63,320 nucleotides of DNA, filler included, from Octopus bimaculoides (GCF_001194135.2; 5 parts of 3 records of this genome joined end to end with filler, not necessarily neighbours in it); one strand, 5' to 3'; counted from the first letter of the whole stretch, positions 10,420-24,449 are shown. The notes: generated from the sequence alone by a model not told the origin. Made by a program: numbers and translations.

Positions 10420-13140
10420 CAACATTGGCACAATGAAAAGAAGGTAGGAGGGGGGATTATTGAAATGCTGGAGCAATGCCATGTTGATGTGTGCGGTGTG
10501 CAAGAAGCAAGCGAGATTCCTCAACAAAGGCAAAGAGATTCAAATTTTTTTTGGGTAGGCAGAAGTGATGGAGTGAGTGGCATAGGGATATTGTTAACAG
10601 AAAAATAAGTAGACAAGGTAACTGAGATAGTGAGGGTATGTGATAGTAAGCTGAGACTTATAGATAAATTAGCAGTTTCATTTATCTCTGCCTACGCTCC
10701 TCAGTCTAGGCTGGCTGATGAGCAGAAGGACCAATTTTATGAGGCTCTTTTGCAGACTACTTCAACAAATGACTGAGACTTTGTTATTGTGGTTATTTCT
10801 TCAATGGACATGTTGGATGGAATTCCCATGGATTCCAAGGAGTGTGTGGTGTCTATGGCTTTGGACCTAGGAACGAGGAGGGAACAAGACTGCTGGAGTT
10901 TTGTGATGCAAATTATCTCATGATCTGTACCACCATTTCCAGAAAACCAGCCAGTTAGCCAGCCATCTAATCATTTATCAGTCTGAGGTGAGGGGGGGCA
11001 TATAAGCCAGATTGACTACCTCCTCACTAGGCAATGAGATAGACAGATGCTTGCAAATACAAAATGTTTTCCGAAAAGTGTACAACCCAACATAGATTAC
11101 TAGTTAGAAACTTCAGAATTAGAGCTATAAAGGCTTGGAGAAATAAACCAATCTGGAAAAGAAGAGTATAGAAGCTCAAAGACCCAGCAAACAGACAGAA
11201 ATTCAGAGATTTCCTAATGGAAGCTTCTGACAAAAGAGTAGAAGAGTTGGAAATATATAGCTTAGAGGACAATTGGAAGTTCTTGTGGAACAATTTACTA
11301 AGGGCTACAGATGAATTGTGTAGTTGCTGCAAAGTCCCAGCTAGGCCAAGGGTAATACGGTGGTAGAACAAGAAGGTAGCAAAGAATTATATCAGGTAGC
11401 CAGAAGGGCAGCTAAGTGTCAGGTTTGCATAGCAAATGGAAAAACAGAAGGTAAGAGATTTGCAAATGTTCTACAGCATGATGATCAGAGGCGTGATGTG
11501 TTGAGAACTGCAAAGCAATGTATCAGAGAGAATAGAGATGTGGCAGGTGAGAAATGTGTGCGAATAGATAATGGTATGCTTGTACTTAGTGACTCAGAGA
11601 AGAAAGATGCATGGAAGTGTCACTATGAAAGATTACAAAATGGGGAAAATGAATGGGAGAAGGAGAATCTTTCAAATATCGAACCAATTGAGGGACCAGT
11701 CATCAGAGTTGACAGCAGTGTAACAGATAAGGCAATCAAGGATATGAAGATGGGGAAAACCCCTGCACCATCAGGAATCACTGCCAAGATGATTAAAATA
11801 TCTGATAGTATAGGATACTGCCTAGTCACCTGTAAAGTTAATTAGGTTATTCAGGAAAGTACCATCCCCAATGATTGATGTAGCAGCATTATTGTTAGCT
11901 GCTGCAAAGGTAAAAGTGACTGCTAGATGAAATCATGAAAGATACTGAGAGGGTTATAGCTCAATTAATCATGAACAGAATTGAACTAGATGAAAGGCAG
12001 TTTAGTTTTGTACTTGGGAAGAGTACCACAGATGTCATCTTCTTAGTGGGATAGCTGCAAGAAAAGTATTTGACCAAAAGTAGGCTATTGTACTTAGTTT
12101 TCGTCAACCTGGAGAAAGCTTTTGACAGAGTTCTCCATTCTGTTATCTAAGGAAGTTAGGCATAGATGAGTGGCCTGTTAGAGATATACAAGCCATGTAC
12201 AGTGGTGCTGTCAGTAGGGTGAGAGTCAACCATGAATGCAGTGATGGATTTAGAGTGAAAGTAGGGGTTCACCAAGGTTCAACGAAAGAAAAATCTGGAA
12301 CCAAAGGGCCTTAAAGTTAACCTAGCAAAGACCAAAGTTGCTGTTAGCAAGAAAGAAGATAAGACTATCTTTCCATCAGGTAAATGGGCCTGCTCAATAT
12401 GTAGGAAAGGAGTTGGAAGTAATTCCATTGGCTGCATCCAGTGTAAGCTAATGGACATATAATAGGTGCAGTGGAATCAAAGGTAGATTAACAGATAAAG
12501 TCATCTTCATATGAAGCAGATGTGTAGGAACAATAAGCACTCAGAGCATGTGGGACTAAGATTCTCTCAAATGCCCAGGAGGCCCTCTAGAGATTGTAAG
12601 TAGTTTCTGTTACCTAAGTGTCCGAATTAGCAATGGGGAAAGAAGCTCTAAAAGTATTGTTTCTAGAATACAAGTAGGATGAAGTAAGTTCAGAGAGCTA
12701 CTGCAGCAAATGGACTTTCTCTCAGAGTGAAAGGTGGACTGTATGATGCTTCTGTGCAAATGCCTACATCCCATGGTAGTGAGACATGGGCTCTGAATGT
12801 AGAAGACATGCATAGTCTGGAGAAAAATGAAGGTAGTATGCTCTATTGGATGTGCATCACATGTATGTCTGTATGACAAAGTGAAAACATATTGAGAGAA
12901 GAGTAAGAGGAATCAAATGCAGCATGCAAGAGAGAAGATTATATTGGTTTGGACAAGTGATGCATATAAATGAAGACAGCTGTATACAGAAGTGCTGATC
13001 ACTGAAAGTAGATGATACCCACCAAAGAGTGAGACACAGGAAGACATAGGATAAAATGGTGAGGACTGATCTCAGGATGTTGTATCTCACAGAGGAAATG
13101 AAAATGGATTGAGATGTCTGGCGGTATGAGGTTTTTGAAA
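10420..13140 (+). mobile_element. Near full-length decayed RTE-clade LINE (APE endonuclease + RT)
   Basis: EMLE..HVDVCGVQE, GVSGIGILL, AYAPQ, KTPAPSGIT, DLEKAFDRV-like and GVHQGS remnants; GRP-like 3' end; many stops. Confidence 0.88.
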
Positions 13141-15434
13141 GGATCCACTCACGTCAGAAAAACTGAGTTCTAGAAGTGCTGTCTGCTCTATCCACACATA
13201 ACAAAACTTTTCACACACCCTACCCCAACAGACCATACTACATCTCTTCCTCACATTTCCTCTACCATCCCATTTATAGTCTGATCTCCATCCCTTGTGA
13301 GTATGCCTGGCACTTTGCCACCATCTCTCTCCTGCTTTCTCTTGCATTTTTGCTATCTCCCACTCTCTCCCTCCTTCTTCTGCTCTTCCCCCAGGCTGGG
13401 TAGCCATATCCATATATCTTCTTTACAGTAGCATACCTGTTTCTGTTCTCATTCTTGATCACTCTCTCTCTCCCTCTCTCTCTCTCTCTTGCCCATCTCT
13501 CTGGCTGGGTAGCCATGTACCACCTCTACAGCAAGACACCTGTTTCTATCTCTCTGTCTCACTATAACCTTTCATCTAATATAAGATCACCTCCGCCAAT
13601 ATCCCTCTCTCCTCTCAAAATATTTTTTATCTTGCAAGTTTCTTGGTGATCCTACTTGTGCTGGTGCCACATAAAAGGCACTAAGTTCACACTGCTGAGT
13701 GGTTGGTGTTGGGAAGGGCATCCAACTGTAAAAACCTTGTCAAGACAGACCACAGAAGTCTGGTGCAGTCTTCTGCCTGGTTAGCTCCTGTCAAACTATC
13801 TAGCCAATGCCAGCATGGAAGGCAGATGTCAAATGATGATAATGATGATGATGATGATATATATATATATATATATATATANNNNNNNNNNNNNNNNNNN
13901 NNNNNNNNNNNNNNNNNNNNNNNNNTTAATTAATTAANNNNNNNNNNNNNNNNNNNNNNNNNNNNNNNNNNNNNNNNNNNNTATATATATATATATATAT
14001 ATGAATGTTGGCCTATACGTATGCATATATATACAGTGAAAACGAGAGAAGCAGGAAGAGAGAAAAAGTGAGTACAAATATATCGCAGATTTTGAACGTG
14101 TGTTCAATAACGTAGAAGCATTTAGATAAAAGAATTTATATCTATGTATGTATATATGTATATAATCTCTTCCGTTTAACTCGGCAAACAATTTGCTAAA
14201 AATATGAATGCAAATATGTAAAATTTACAACAAATTCTCTTCAATAAAGAAGAGGTAGGAGCAATAGTTGAAATTTTGAAATAATTATTTTGTAAAATAT
14301 AAAGTCCTTAATTACGTTTGATTTGAAGGTGTGGACAAGAAAATACTGAAAACAAATAGTGTACCATCAAAGGCATGATAATATATACGCAAACACTAAA
14401 ATTATGAGTAAGGCGAAAATAAATTTAATACAAAAATGCCTTTTCAATCGCGTCTCAAACTCTGCTATTCTAAATCATAATTTCAAAGATTTCCCGTAAT
14501 CCTTACCTTCAAATTTAAACCAATTCTCAAATTTAAGCCGACTCAAAAATGAAACCAAAGCTGCAACCTTATAAATGAACCCACAACATCTAACACACCA
14601 GAAGCCTAGTATAAAACACTTAACAAGCCAAGCCAAACACTTACACCTAAATCTCACGCTAATTCATGAATGGAATCTTTAAACTCTAATGCTCAAGGCG
14701 AAACCCCATCTTAATCCTAATCGCTGTCCCTGAACTTTACTGTTAGACGTATCAAACTAATCTCTAAAACGTATTTTGCCCAAAACACTAAAACCAAATC
14801 CAATAATACGTTGCAAAATTTATTTTACATTTTATTGAATATTTTGGGAAACTGATTTCCAAACTGCCCGGCAGCATTTTTTGTTAATAAAAGTGGAGGC
14901 GGTTTTTCATCCAGTTGCTGACAATAAGGTAAATTATTCTTTTTCCGGCTTTATATCCTGAGTTTAAATTTTGTAGAACTCGATTTTGCCTTTTCTCATT
15001 TCGTGGTCGACAATTAAGCGCTTGGTTCGGTATGATTGACTAGCTCTCTCCGCTAAAATTTCAGGCTTTGTGTCTAAAGTACAAAAGAAAATGTATTACT
15101 GAATTAGGTGGTGAGATGGCTTGTATCTGTAGCGGGAAAGAGAACATAATTTACAGCATGTTTTACTGCTCTTTATTTTCGGATCTCAAATCCGGTTCAG
15201 ATCAACTTAGCATTTCATTGACTTTGGTAAAAGAAAGAACCAGTCAAGTACAGGTGTACTTACTACATCCCCTAAAAATTGCCGGCCTTGTGACATTTTT
15301 GGAAAGAATAATAATCATTCGGCATGTGATCTGCCTCAAAGCAGTGCGTATATACTCTGATTCTGTGGGATTTGAGTTCAAATCCTCAAAGACTGTCTAT
15401 AACTTTCGGTTAGATCAAATAAATCACTAGTTAA

Positions 15435-17923
15435 CCTTCTGTCTACCAATCGATCCAATGGACCCATTTCAGTTTTTTCAGTTGCTTTTTCCTACTGTTT
15501 ATATTACTTGATTCTGCTGATTCCTCGTGACTCTTATTTTTTTCTTGACTGTCTTTTATGGGTCAAATGGGAAATTTTCCGTATGTTTATAAAGACTAGA
15601 AATTTTCACTTTATACATTTATTACGGTATGGGTCCACTGGACCTTGGAATTATATTCAGAGAATACTCATATCATTCTAAGCAGAATAAGAGCAGTATA
15701 AAATATCATTTTACCGGATATTTATCAGATATAAAATAGATAAAATTGTATTCAATTTATTTGCTGAATTTTAGATAAACAAGGAAAAATTATGAACATA
15801 TTCCGGTAAATTTGTGTGGTATTGCATCACGTTCAATCTGCTAGGTTAGAGGGTGATACAATATTTCTATGTGAACACGCAAATCTTACAATATATTGCA
15901 ACATCTTTTAGGGGAGTATAAATAGGTGAGAGAGCAATATCTGCTTTTAGTCTGCTATCAAGTTTCATATAGTTCAATTGTGCTTTCCAATACGCATAGA
16001 CATGAAAACTTGAGTGAAGACTAAATATGAAAAAAGGTTCCTGTAATTAGATGAAGAATGGGAAGAAGATAGTAGTTCTATTGATCTGAAGATGATGGTG
16101 AAAATGATTGTGCGCAGGACAGTTTATGTTCTGTTCTATGAGATGATGAAGATACTCAAAAACAATTATCTGCAAGCCATCCAATTATGAATGAGCAATA
16201 TGTTTCTAGACACAGAAAAGAAGTTTGGCATTCTAATCCTCTTACTCAAGCAGCAGAAATAAGTTCATCATGCGATACTGTGTGCGAAGAATGTGGACCA
16301 TCCTGTTTTGCTAAAAGGTCTTGTGATAGCATTGAAACATGTTTTACTATCTTTATGCGCCAGAATCTTCTTGAAGTAATTCGTAAATGGACAAATGTTG
16401 AAGGTCAGGTTGTTTACAAAGATAAATGGAAGGATATTGATCACTCTGAACTAAAGAAATTTATTGGACTAATTATTCTTGTAGGCGTTTATAATTCTAA
16501 ACATGAAAATGTCACAGTCATGGAGTCAAGAATATCGCCGCCCAATATTCATCAAAAGTATTAGCCGAGGAAGATTTCAACAGATTTTGCAAGTATTGTG
16601 TTTTGATGATGTTAGTACAAGAATAAAAAAGAGAAGTGATGATAAATTGGAGCCCATAAAAAAAGTATTTGAAATGTGGAATCAGAATTTGCAAGATGGA
16701 TACGTTCCAAGTTCATGCATGACAGTTGATGTCGTGCATAATTAGTTTCAGAGGGTGTTGTCCATTCCGCATATATATTCCTTCAAAACCAGGGAAATGT
16801 GGAATTAACATTTCGGAAATATTCGACAGCGAAACATCTTATGCCTGGAAAATACAAATCTACACTGAAAAAGACCTAGTAAAAAGAAAAGAGACAAAAC
16901 AAACTTCAAGAATTGTTGAAGACCTAGTAAAAGAACTTGAAAATACTGGTCGCAATATAACTTTTGATAATTTTTTTACAAGTCTACGATTGGTTTGAAA
17001 GCTACTTAACAGGAAATCTACTTTAGTGGGAACAATTAGAAAGAACAGAGTTTTAATTTCAAGTGCTCTCACAAATTGAAAAGAAAGGGAAATCAACAAC
17101 ACAATATTTGGATTTCTAATGGATTCTATCATTCTATCTTATTGTCTCAAGAAAAATTATATTTTCACACTTATCAGTACAATGCCCTCTCAGCCTTCAA
17201 TTGATTCAAAAATTGATTAAAAGAAACCTGGTGTTTTCATATGTTATAACAAAACAAAAAGAGAAGTAGATACTCTAGATAAGATGGTAAGGATATGTAC
17301 TTTCACAGGAATGACTAGAAGGTGGCCTATGCTTATATTCTACAACATGACTGATATAAGTGCAGTGAATGCTTTCTTTGTTACTAAACAGTTTATCTTG
17401 CCAAGTTCCAAGGATAAAAGAAGTCAGTGCCTAATTCAGTTAGGAAAGGAACTTGCTAGAGTTAATGCTAAACAAGAACATGATAAACAATCTTCCAGTT
17501 CCGCAAACATTTCTCAACCAAGGCAAAAAAGAAGACGGTATTCAACCTCATTTGAGATTCCTCAGCCAAAGAAAAAAGGACGATGTTCTCTGTGTGACCT
17601 CAAAAAAGTCAGGAAAACTCGTACTACATATAAGAATTGTAATACCCATGTTTGACAAGAACATTCCAATCTTGTCTGCATTTACTTCCATTACAAAAAT
17701 CTTGTATTTTTGAAATTTAAAAAAAATTATAATATATTCTGTAAGTCGTATTTTTTTAAATCAAAATTTGTGAGAAGCAGTACTTCTTCATTCACCTGAT
17801 AGTATAAATAATGTAGCTAAGAAATAGTGGTCGTTTGAATACAATTTAATTATAACAAATATATTGGGTCCAGTGGACCCAGTTGATAATTAGTGACATA
17901 CAGTTTCTCTAGTAGACCAAGGG
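15435..17923 (+). mobile_element. Full-length decayed piggyBac DNA transposon (~2.49 kb)
   Basis: TTAA at 15431-15434 and 17924-17927; imperfect TIRs ccttctgtctacca / rc cccttggtctacta; internal transposase remnants. Confidence 0.9.
16027..17713 (+). pseudogene. piggyBac (PGBD-type) transposase with frameshifts and stops
   Basis: Acidic N-terminus; motifs MTVD, FRGCCPFRIYIPSKPGKCGI, NITFDNFFTS, VDTLDKM, RRWPM; C-terminal GRCSLC Cys-rich region; split over several ORFs. Confidence 0.88.
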
Positions 17924-19181
17924 TTAAATAATGGAACGGCTAGTGTCGACTAACCAATTCTTTAATAATTGCTGATCTTCTTAAATAAGAATTCATTATC
18001 TATACCATTTAAAAAATTTTGAATATCTTACAGTGTCTGAGGACACTATTATTCTCAGATAAATGTCCACCTACAACAAAATCAGCACCCTATTTATCAA
18101 TAACCAGCAAATGCACAATGGTGAAAACATTATCTCAAAATATCTGGTTCAATCAACCCCATGCCATTAATAACAATGCGCAGTAATTCATCAGCAAAAG
18201 CAACAACTCATAAACACGTCAAAACAAATATGTCCTCTGACAAAAGAAAACAAGGCAAATTCATCATAACAATTTCACAAATACGAATATAAAAATCCAT
18301 GTGTGTGAGTTTTAAAATGTATCTGAGAATTAACTTCATTTGAGTATGGCGAGTGGAAATAGAGTTTGATGACAGTTGAGATGTATCATTAAAATTTGAA
18401 CGTAAATGTCACATCGCCTTTGTGAAAATATAATGAAATTGGAATAATTGATACTCTTTTAAAATATATTGAAATTATAACGGATACCTTACTCGTAACA
18501 GAATTTACTTAATCACTAATATTTAATTGTCCAGTTTTCATTATTGGGCACTAATTTCCCATATATAAATGTCAGCCATATCATATAATCGTTAATTTAC
18601 AATTTTTATTAATTCTACCATATTAGGCTAACTGCGAAATTTCAAATACATCGGAATCATCGTCATTTTTCCTTTTCCATTTCCCCCTTTTTAATCTCCA
18701 TCTTAATGTGATCTTTGTTCTTAATAATACCAGTGCTCGCTCGCAACCTCTCCCTCTCTCTACCTCTCTCTCTCTCTCTCTCTCTCTGTCACTCTCTCTT
18801 ACCATACTATAAGAAATACACATTACTATCGATAACCAGTTTACATGATTTGAAAATATACTAAAATATTTTATGATTTTCATTGACAAACAACTCCTCT
18901 ACTTGATAGTATGCATCTATATTATCTATCTATCTAAAGAAAGTTATCTATATCTCCGTATACCTGTCAATCAGTCGATTTTCTATATGTGGGTGTATGA
19001 GTGTGTTCATGTGTGTGTGCGTGTGTGTGTATGTATGTATATATGTATACATGTACATATNNNNNNNNNNNNNNNNNNNNNNNNNNNNNNNNNNNNNNNN
19101 NNNNTTAATTAATTAANNNNNNNNNNNNNNNNNNNNNNNNNNNNNNNNNNNNNNNNNNNNGTATGTATATTTATATGTGTG

Positions 19182-19212
<31 letters not shown>

Positions 19213-19216
<4 letters not shown>

Positions 19217-19670
19217 AAGTGCCACACCCTAACAGTTGAGGGAACCCGTGGAAGAGGTAGGCCCAGGAAGACCTGGGCTGAGGTGGTGAGGCAAGACCTT
19301 CGTACATTGGGCCTCACCGAGGCGATGACTACTCACCGAGACCTTTGGAAATGTGCTGTGCGTGAGAAGACCCGGCAAGCCAAGTAAGATCGTTGCCAGT
19401 GCCCCTGGACTGGCTCTTGTGCGGGTGGCACATAAAAGACACCATTTCGAGCGTGGCCGTTGCCAGTACCGCCTGACTGGTCTTCGTGCGGGTGACACGT
19501 AAAAGCGCCCACTACACTCTCTGAGTGGTTGGCGTTAGGAAGGGCATCCAGCTGTAGAAACTCTGCCAAATCAGATTGGAGCCTGGTGTTGCCATCCGGT
19601 TTCACCAGTCCTCAGTCAAATCGTCCAACCCATGCTAGCATGGAAAGCGGACGTTAAACGATGATGATGA
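19213..19670 (+). mobile_element. RTE LINE 3' end and 3' UTR with (GAT)n tail
   Basis: KKCHTLTVEGTRGRGRPRKTWAEVVRQDLRTLGLTEAMT..RDLWK, internal tandem units, ends ggacgttaaacgatgatgat. Confidence 0.85.
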
Positions 19671-20138
19671 TATATACGTATGTATGTATGTATGTATGTA
19701 TGTACATATGCGTGGTATATGTACATGTGTGTGCAGGTGTGATAATACTTACAGATACATGTATATATGAGTTGTGTATATACATATACGTATGAGTATG
19801 TGTTGTATGTATATGTCTGTGTACGTGTGTATCTATATGATTTGAATGAGGACTGGTGAAACCAGATGGCTACACCAGGCTGTCTGTGTCTGTACCCCAA
19901 CCATCACTTGACTACCGAAGTTGCTGTGTTTACATCCCCATAACTTAGCTGTTTGCAAAACACATCGATAGAATAAGTACTATGCTTGCAAAGAATAAAT
20001 CCTGTTGTCAATTTCTTTGACTAAAGTTGGTGCTGCAGCATGGCCGCAGTCACATGACCGAAGCAAGTAGAACAATAAAAAACTATGCCATTTTAATCCT
20101 GAGTAATGCCAGGTATCTCTGCTAGTACATACACACAC

Positions 20139-20176
<38 letters not shown>

Positions 20177-20301
20177 NNNNNNNNNNCTACTGGATGTGTA
20201 CCTACATATTTTTAACCAAGTGCTTACTATTGCATGGCGATATTGCAATTGTATACTTGGTATGGGTAGAGGTAAATTGGAAATTTACCCACGATTTATA
20301 C

Positions 20302-20451
20302 GGCAAATAAGAAAATGGAGAGGATATAAAATCAACAAACATCAGCCAGTAAACATTCCACTATATCTATTAATTAAATAACAAACATGTGTTTAAGTGG
20401 TACCACTTAAACATGTTTGTCGATTTTATATCCTCTCCATTTTCTTATTTG

Positions 20452-20453
<2 letters not shown>
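20302..20453. repeat. Inverted repeat with 41-bp arms and an internal palindrome
   Basis: ggcaaataagaaaatggagaggatataaaatcaacaaacat matches the rc of 20413-20453 with one mismatch. Confidence 0.85.
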
Positions 20454-20486
<33 letters not shown>

Positions 20487-20830
20487 CAATGGGCTTCTTT
20501 CAGTTTCCATATACCAAATCCACTCACAAGGCTTTGGTCGGCCTGAGGCTATAGTAGACGACACTTGTCCAAGGTGCAATGCAGTGGGACTGAACCCGGA
20601 ACCATGACGTTGATAATCAAGCTACTTACCACACAGCCACTCCTGTGCCTACACATGTCCTTTTAACTTTTGTTGTTTTTGTAACCTAGCGGCAAAAAGA
20701 GACCGATAGAATAAGAACTAGGCTTACAAAGAATAAGTCCTGGGGTCAATTTAGTTGACTAAAAGGCAGTGCTCCAGCTTCGCCACAGTCAAATGACTGA
20801 AACAGATGAAAGAATAAAAGAATATATGTG

Positions 20831-20871
<41 letters not shown>

Positions 20872-21082
20872 ATGTGTGAGAGGGGGAGACAGTGTGTACG
20901 TGTTAACACAGACATACACTCACTACTTAAGCTAATTATTCTCTTGTATATTTATACTTTAGATGTTGAGACGAACTTGAAAGTGGTGTGCTTTGTAACT
21001 CAATATTTGGAAATCTAAAATGGAATCATGGTGCAAAGGAGACTTGGAAAGGAATCAAATAAAGATGTAAATTGGTACTTAC

Positions 21083-21162
21083 CTATAGAGGTTCCTTCAT
21101 AGGAAGCTAGTCGACATTCATTGTAAATATCAACGCAGTATTCTTCACATACACTCATTTTA
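21083..21162 (-). CDS. Folate receptor-like domain, next exon (KMSVCEEYCVDIYNECRLASYEGTSIG)
   Basis: Acceptor ttatttcttccag, donor AG|gtaagt, 80 nt, phase 2 to 1. Exactly in frame with 24450-24651 and supplies the VCxxxCxxxYxxC motif. Confidence 0.85.
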
Positions 21163-21357
21163 CTGGAAGAAATAATAAAAAAATCCATGCAGTCATAATT
21201 TTGTATAACTGTTAGGTTGTCTACCTGTCTGTCTTTCTGTCTATCTGATTATCTGTTTAGTGGTTGCATGCCATGAAAACTTGAGAGAAACAGGCAACTG
21301 GACTATACATATTATCAACATTTAATGTCTGCTTTCCATGCTGGCATGGGTGAAGAG

Positions 21358-21574
21358 ATGGCACTCCGTTGCTTATGATGTCAAGGGTTCCAGTTGATCC
21401 GATCAACGGAACAACCTGCTCGTGAAATTAACGTGCAAGTGGCTGAGCACTCCACAAACACGTGTACCCTTAACGTAGTTGTCGGGGATATTCACAATGC
21501 CTGGTCTGGGAATCGAAACCGCGGTCCTATGACCGCGAGTCCACTGCCCTAACCACTGGGCCATTGCACCTCCA
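21358..21574 (-). mobile_element. tRNA-derived SINE, family D, internally deleted
   Basis: Head and tail are present in reverse orientation; the middle is missing. Confidence 0.8.
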
Positions 21575-23106
21575 CTGGCATGGGTAGAATAGTTTGAAAG
21601 TAAACCAGTGAGCTTCAAGGCTGTGTTGAGCTCCAGTGTCCTCTCTGGCGAGTTTCTATGGCTGGATGCCCTTCCTAATGTCCACCACTATATAGAGTGT
21701 ATCAGGTGCTTTTTTCATGCCACTGGCACTAGTGAGGCTGCCATGTAGCTCATAAGACAGAACAGAGAGAAAAAGGAAATGGAAAAAGCTCCCACCACTA
21801 AGAAAATGTATTTGGGAGAGGAAGTTGGAGGTGGGTGATTGTATGCCAGGTGTTGAAAGGCAAAAGTACCATAGAGAGACAAGCAGAAGTGTTTTGTTAT
21901 AGAGGAGATACATGACTGAAGGAGATAAGATGAAGGTAGTGATGGCGTGCTAGAGCAAATTCTCAAGGAATAAGAAAGAGAGCATAAGGGAGGAAACAGA
22001 TAGTGGGTTATGGGAGGAGATGAGAGTGGATTCTTTTAGAAGAGTGTGAGGGAGAAGTAAACAAGTGGACATAAAAGTTGTGAGTGATAAACAATGGTGG
22101 TGGTGCAGATGATGAGAAATACCAGTATGTAGAAGGGTGAGGTGGGAGATATAGGAATGGTTCAGGAAGAAGAATAGAGCAGAAAGTGGTGGGATGATGT
22201 GCAAAGTGTAGGAGCTGTGGAAAGGGAGAAATAAGGATACATTAGGGGCTATAGTAGATGACTCCTAATGGCAGATATGGGAGGGTATTGAGAATGATAG
22301 TAGGTAAGAGATTTGTTTAGAATGGATTGGAACAGAGGGGTGAGAGAGCACTGGCTGAAGGCCTAGAAAGAAGGGGATTGACTGAAATAGTGTGGGCTGG
22401 GTTGATGAAGAATGGAAGTAGTTCCCGGAATGGGGAGGTGGTTTGGGAAGGGATGTAATAATATGTGCTGATACTACTCACAGATGAGTACAACAGCCAA
22501 ATAGTACCACAGATGGGAAAGGGGATGAAATCTTAAAAACACCAAAACATTTCAAATCGATATTTTTTTTCTTACAGTTCAACATGTCAATAAGTCACTA
22601 ATTCCCTTCCCTCCACCTACACTATAAACTGGCACCATAATATATAATAAAAATACACTTTCACATCTTTACACTAAACNNNNNNNNNNNNNNNNNNNNN
22701 NNNNNNNNNNNNNNNNNNNNNNNNNNNNNNNNNNNNNNNNNNNNNNNNNNNNNNNNNNNNNNNNNNNNNNNNNNNNNNNNNNNNNNNNNNNNNNNNNNNN
22801 NNNNNNNNNNNNNNNNNNNNNNNNNNNNNNNNNNNNNNNNNNNNNNNNNNNNNNNNNNNNNNNNNNNNNNNNNNNNNNNNNNNNNNNNNNNNNNNNNNNN
22901 NNNNNNNNNNNNNNNNNNNNNNNNNNNNNNNNNNNNNNCAGAAAACTGTCATTTTGTGCATGTGTTATCAACTGTAAACAAATGAAATTCTGCTTTACGT
23001 ATGTCATATAACCCCACATAGATTTTTTTAATTTTTGGAATTTTCAGAAAATTTTGCGAATTTCTATTCTATACATGGGAATTCATACGATAATCCAAAA
23101 ATAAAA

Positions 23107-23270
23107 CTGGGTACATCTTATAGAGTTTCTACCTACGCCTTTTCTACAGATCGAGCAGGGCCATCTACCTGAAGGGGTTTGTGTTTTGTCTACCTTCCTA
23201 CTTATTAGGACTTTGGTTTTAGCTAGGTTGACTCTAAGGCCCTTCGATTCTAGTCCTTGCTTCCACATCT
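23107..23270 (-). mobile_element. RTE RT C-terminal fragment
   Basis: WKQGLESKGLRVNLAKTKVL...GRWPCSICRKGVGRNSIRCTQ. Confidence 0.85.
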
Positions 23271-23384
23271 GAAACTTGGATACACTTTACACTTATCTGA
23301 GTAGGTAGAATATTGTATATGGACAGGGTAAAGATCCCCTTCAGTCATATATGACCATGGAATTGTAATAAGGCTTCTGCATGT

Positions 23385-23786
23385 GAAGGTGCATGGCTCA
23401 GTGGTTAAAGCATCAAGCTTACAATCGTTATGGCACCTGTGCCCAGCGTCGCTTCCTGGCACTTGTGCCAGTGGCACCTGTAAAGATATTTGAGCGAGAT
23501 CATTGCCAGTGCCACTGGACTGGCTCCTGTGCAGGTGGCACGTAAAATACACCATTTTGAGCATGGCCGTTGCCAGTACCACTTGACTGGCCTTCGTGCC
23601 AGTGGCACGTAAAAGCACCCACTACACTCTCGGAATGGTTGGCATTAGGAAGCGCATCCAGCTGTAGAAACTCTGTCAAATCAGATTGGAGCTTGGTGTA
23701 GCCATCTGGTTTACCAGTCCTCAGTCAAATCATCCAACCCATGCTAGCATGGAAAGCGGACGTTAAACGATGATGATGATGATGAT
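23385..23786 (+). mobile_element. tRNA-headed SINE sharing the RTE 3' tail (family C)
   Basis: tggctcagtgg A box; tandem gtgccagtggcac units; tail matches 19500-19670 and ends (gat)n. Further tail fragments at about 13655-13860 (+) and 21600-21745 (-). Confidence 0.75.
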
Positions 23787-24100
23787 AGTTAGGTGTACTA
23801 AATATTGTGAAGTATCTGTTTTGTAAAAGCCACTACTGTTGTTATTTAGCCTCAGGTCAGCTCTGATCAAGAAAAGCTATCATTAGATAGATTCAAGCCA
23901 AGACCACTCAATCATTTTTTAAATTTTGTCACATAGACCTATATCTCCAAATAAATACTTACTTTTTCTTTTTAAAGATGGCAAGGTGAAAATTATATAA
24001 ACTAAAGATGTTTAGCTCCTATTTCCAGCAGAAAAATTACTCCTCCTTCTTGGTCTGTAATTGTAATGAATGTAGTCTCTCTTGTTAACCTGTGGTAGTG

Positions 24101-24145
<45 letters not shown>

Positions 24146-24152
24146 TTAGTAA

Positions 24153-24209
<57 letters not shown>

Positions 24210-24449
24210 ATACTGTTTAGCTCCAAATCAGCCTTGACCCACCAAACCTATCATCAAAATTAGTCCAGCCACTTCCATCTGGTCTCTTTCCTAAGGCATA
24301 GCATGTCTAGAGTTACATTATCAAATGTGCCACTCCCTTTTACAAGATGGTAAGTTGAGATATGAAGGTAATTTGGTTTCAATTTTTTAGTAATCAAGTA
24401 ACCATGTAGCAGTTTACAATAATAAATAGAAGGGGTTGATTACACTTAC

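Noticed and set aside
13926-13937. TTAATTAATTAA between N runs (also about 19105, 33993, 56089)
   Set aside because: Artificial scaffolding spacer with stops in all six frames, not biological sequence.
19390-19510. Regularly spaced short repeats resembling a CRISPR array (also 23440-23620)
   Set aside because: Eukaryotic retroelement 3' UTR tandem units; the spacers are themselves similar, and there are no cas genes.
20960-21014. Possible last folate-receptor-like exon (DFQILSYKAHHFQVRLNI*) after a 68-nt intron
   Set aside because: Lacks the two further Cys expected at the end of the domain; the resemblance is probably chance.
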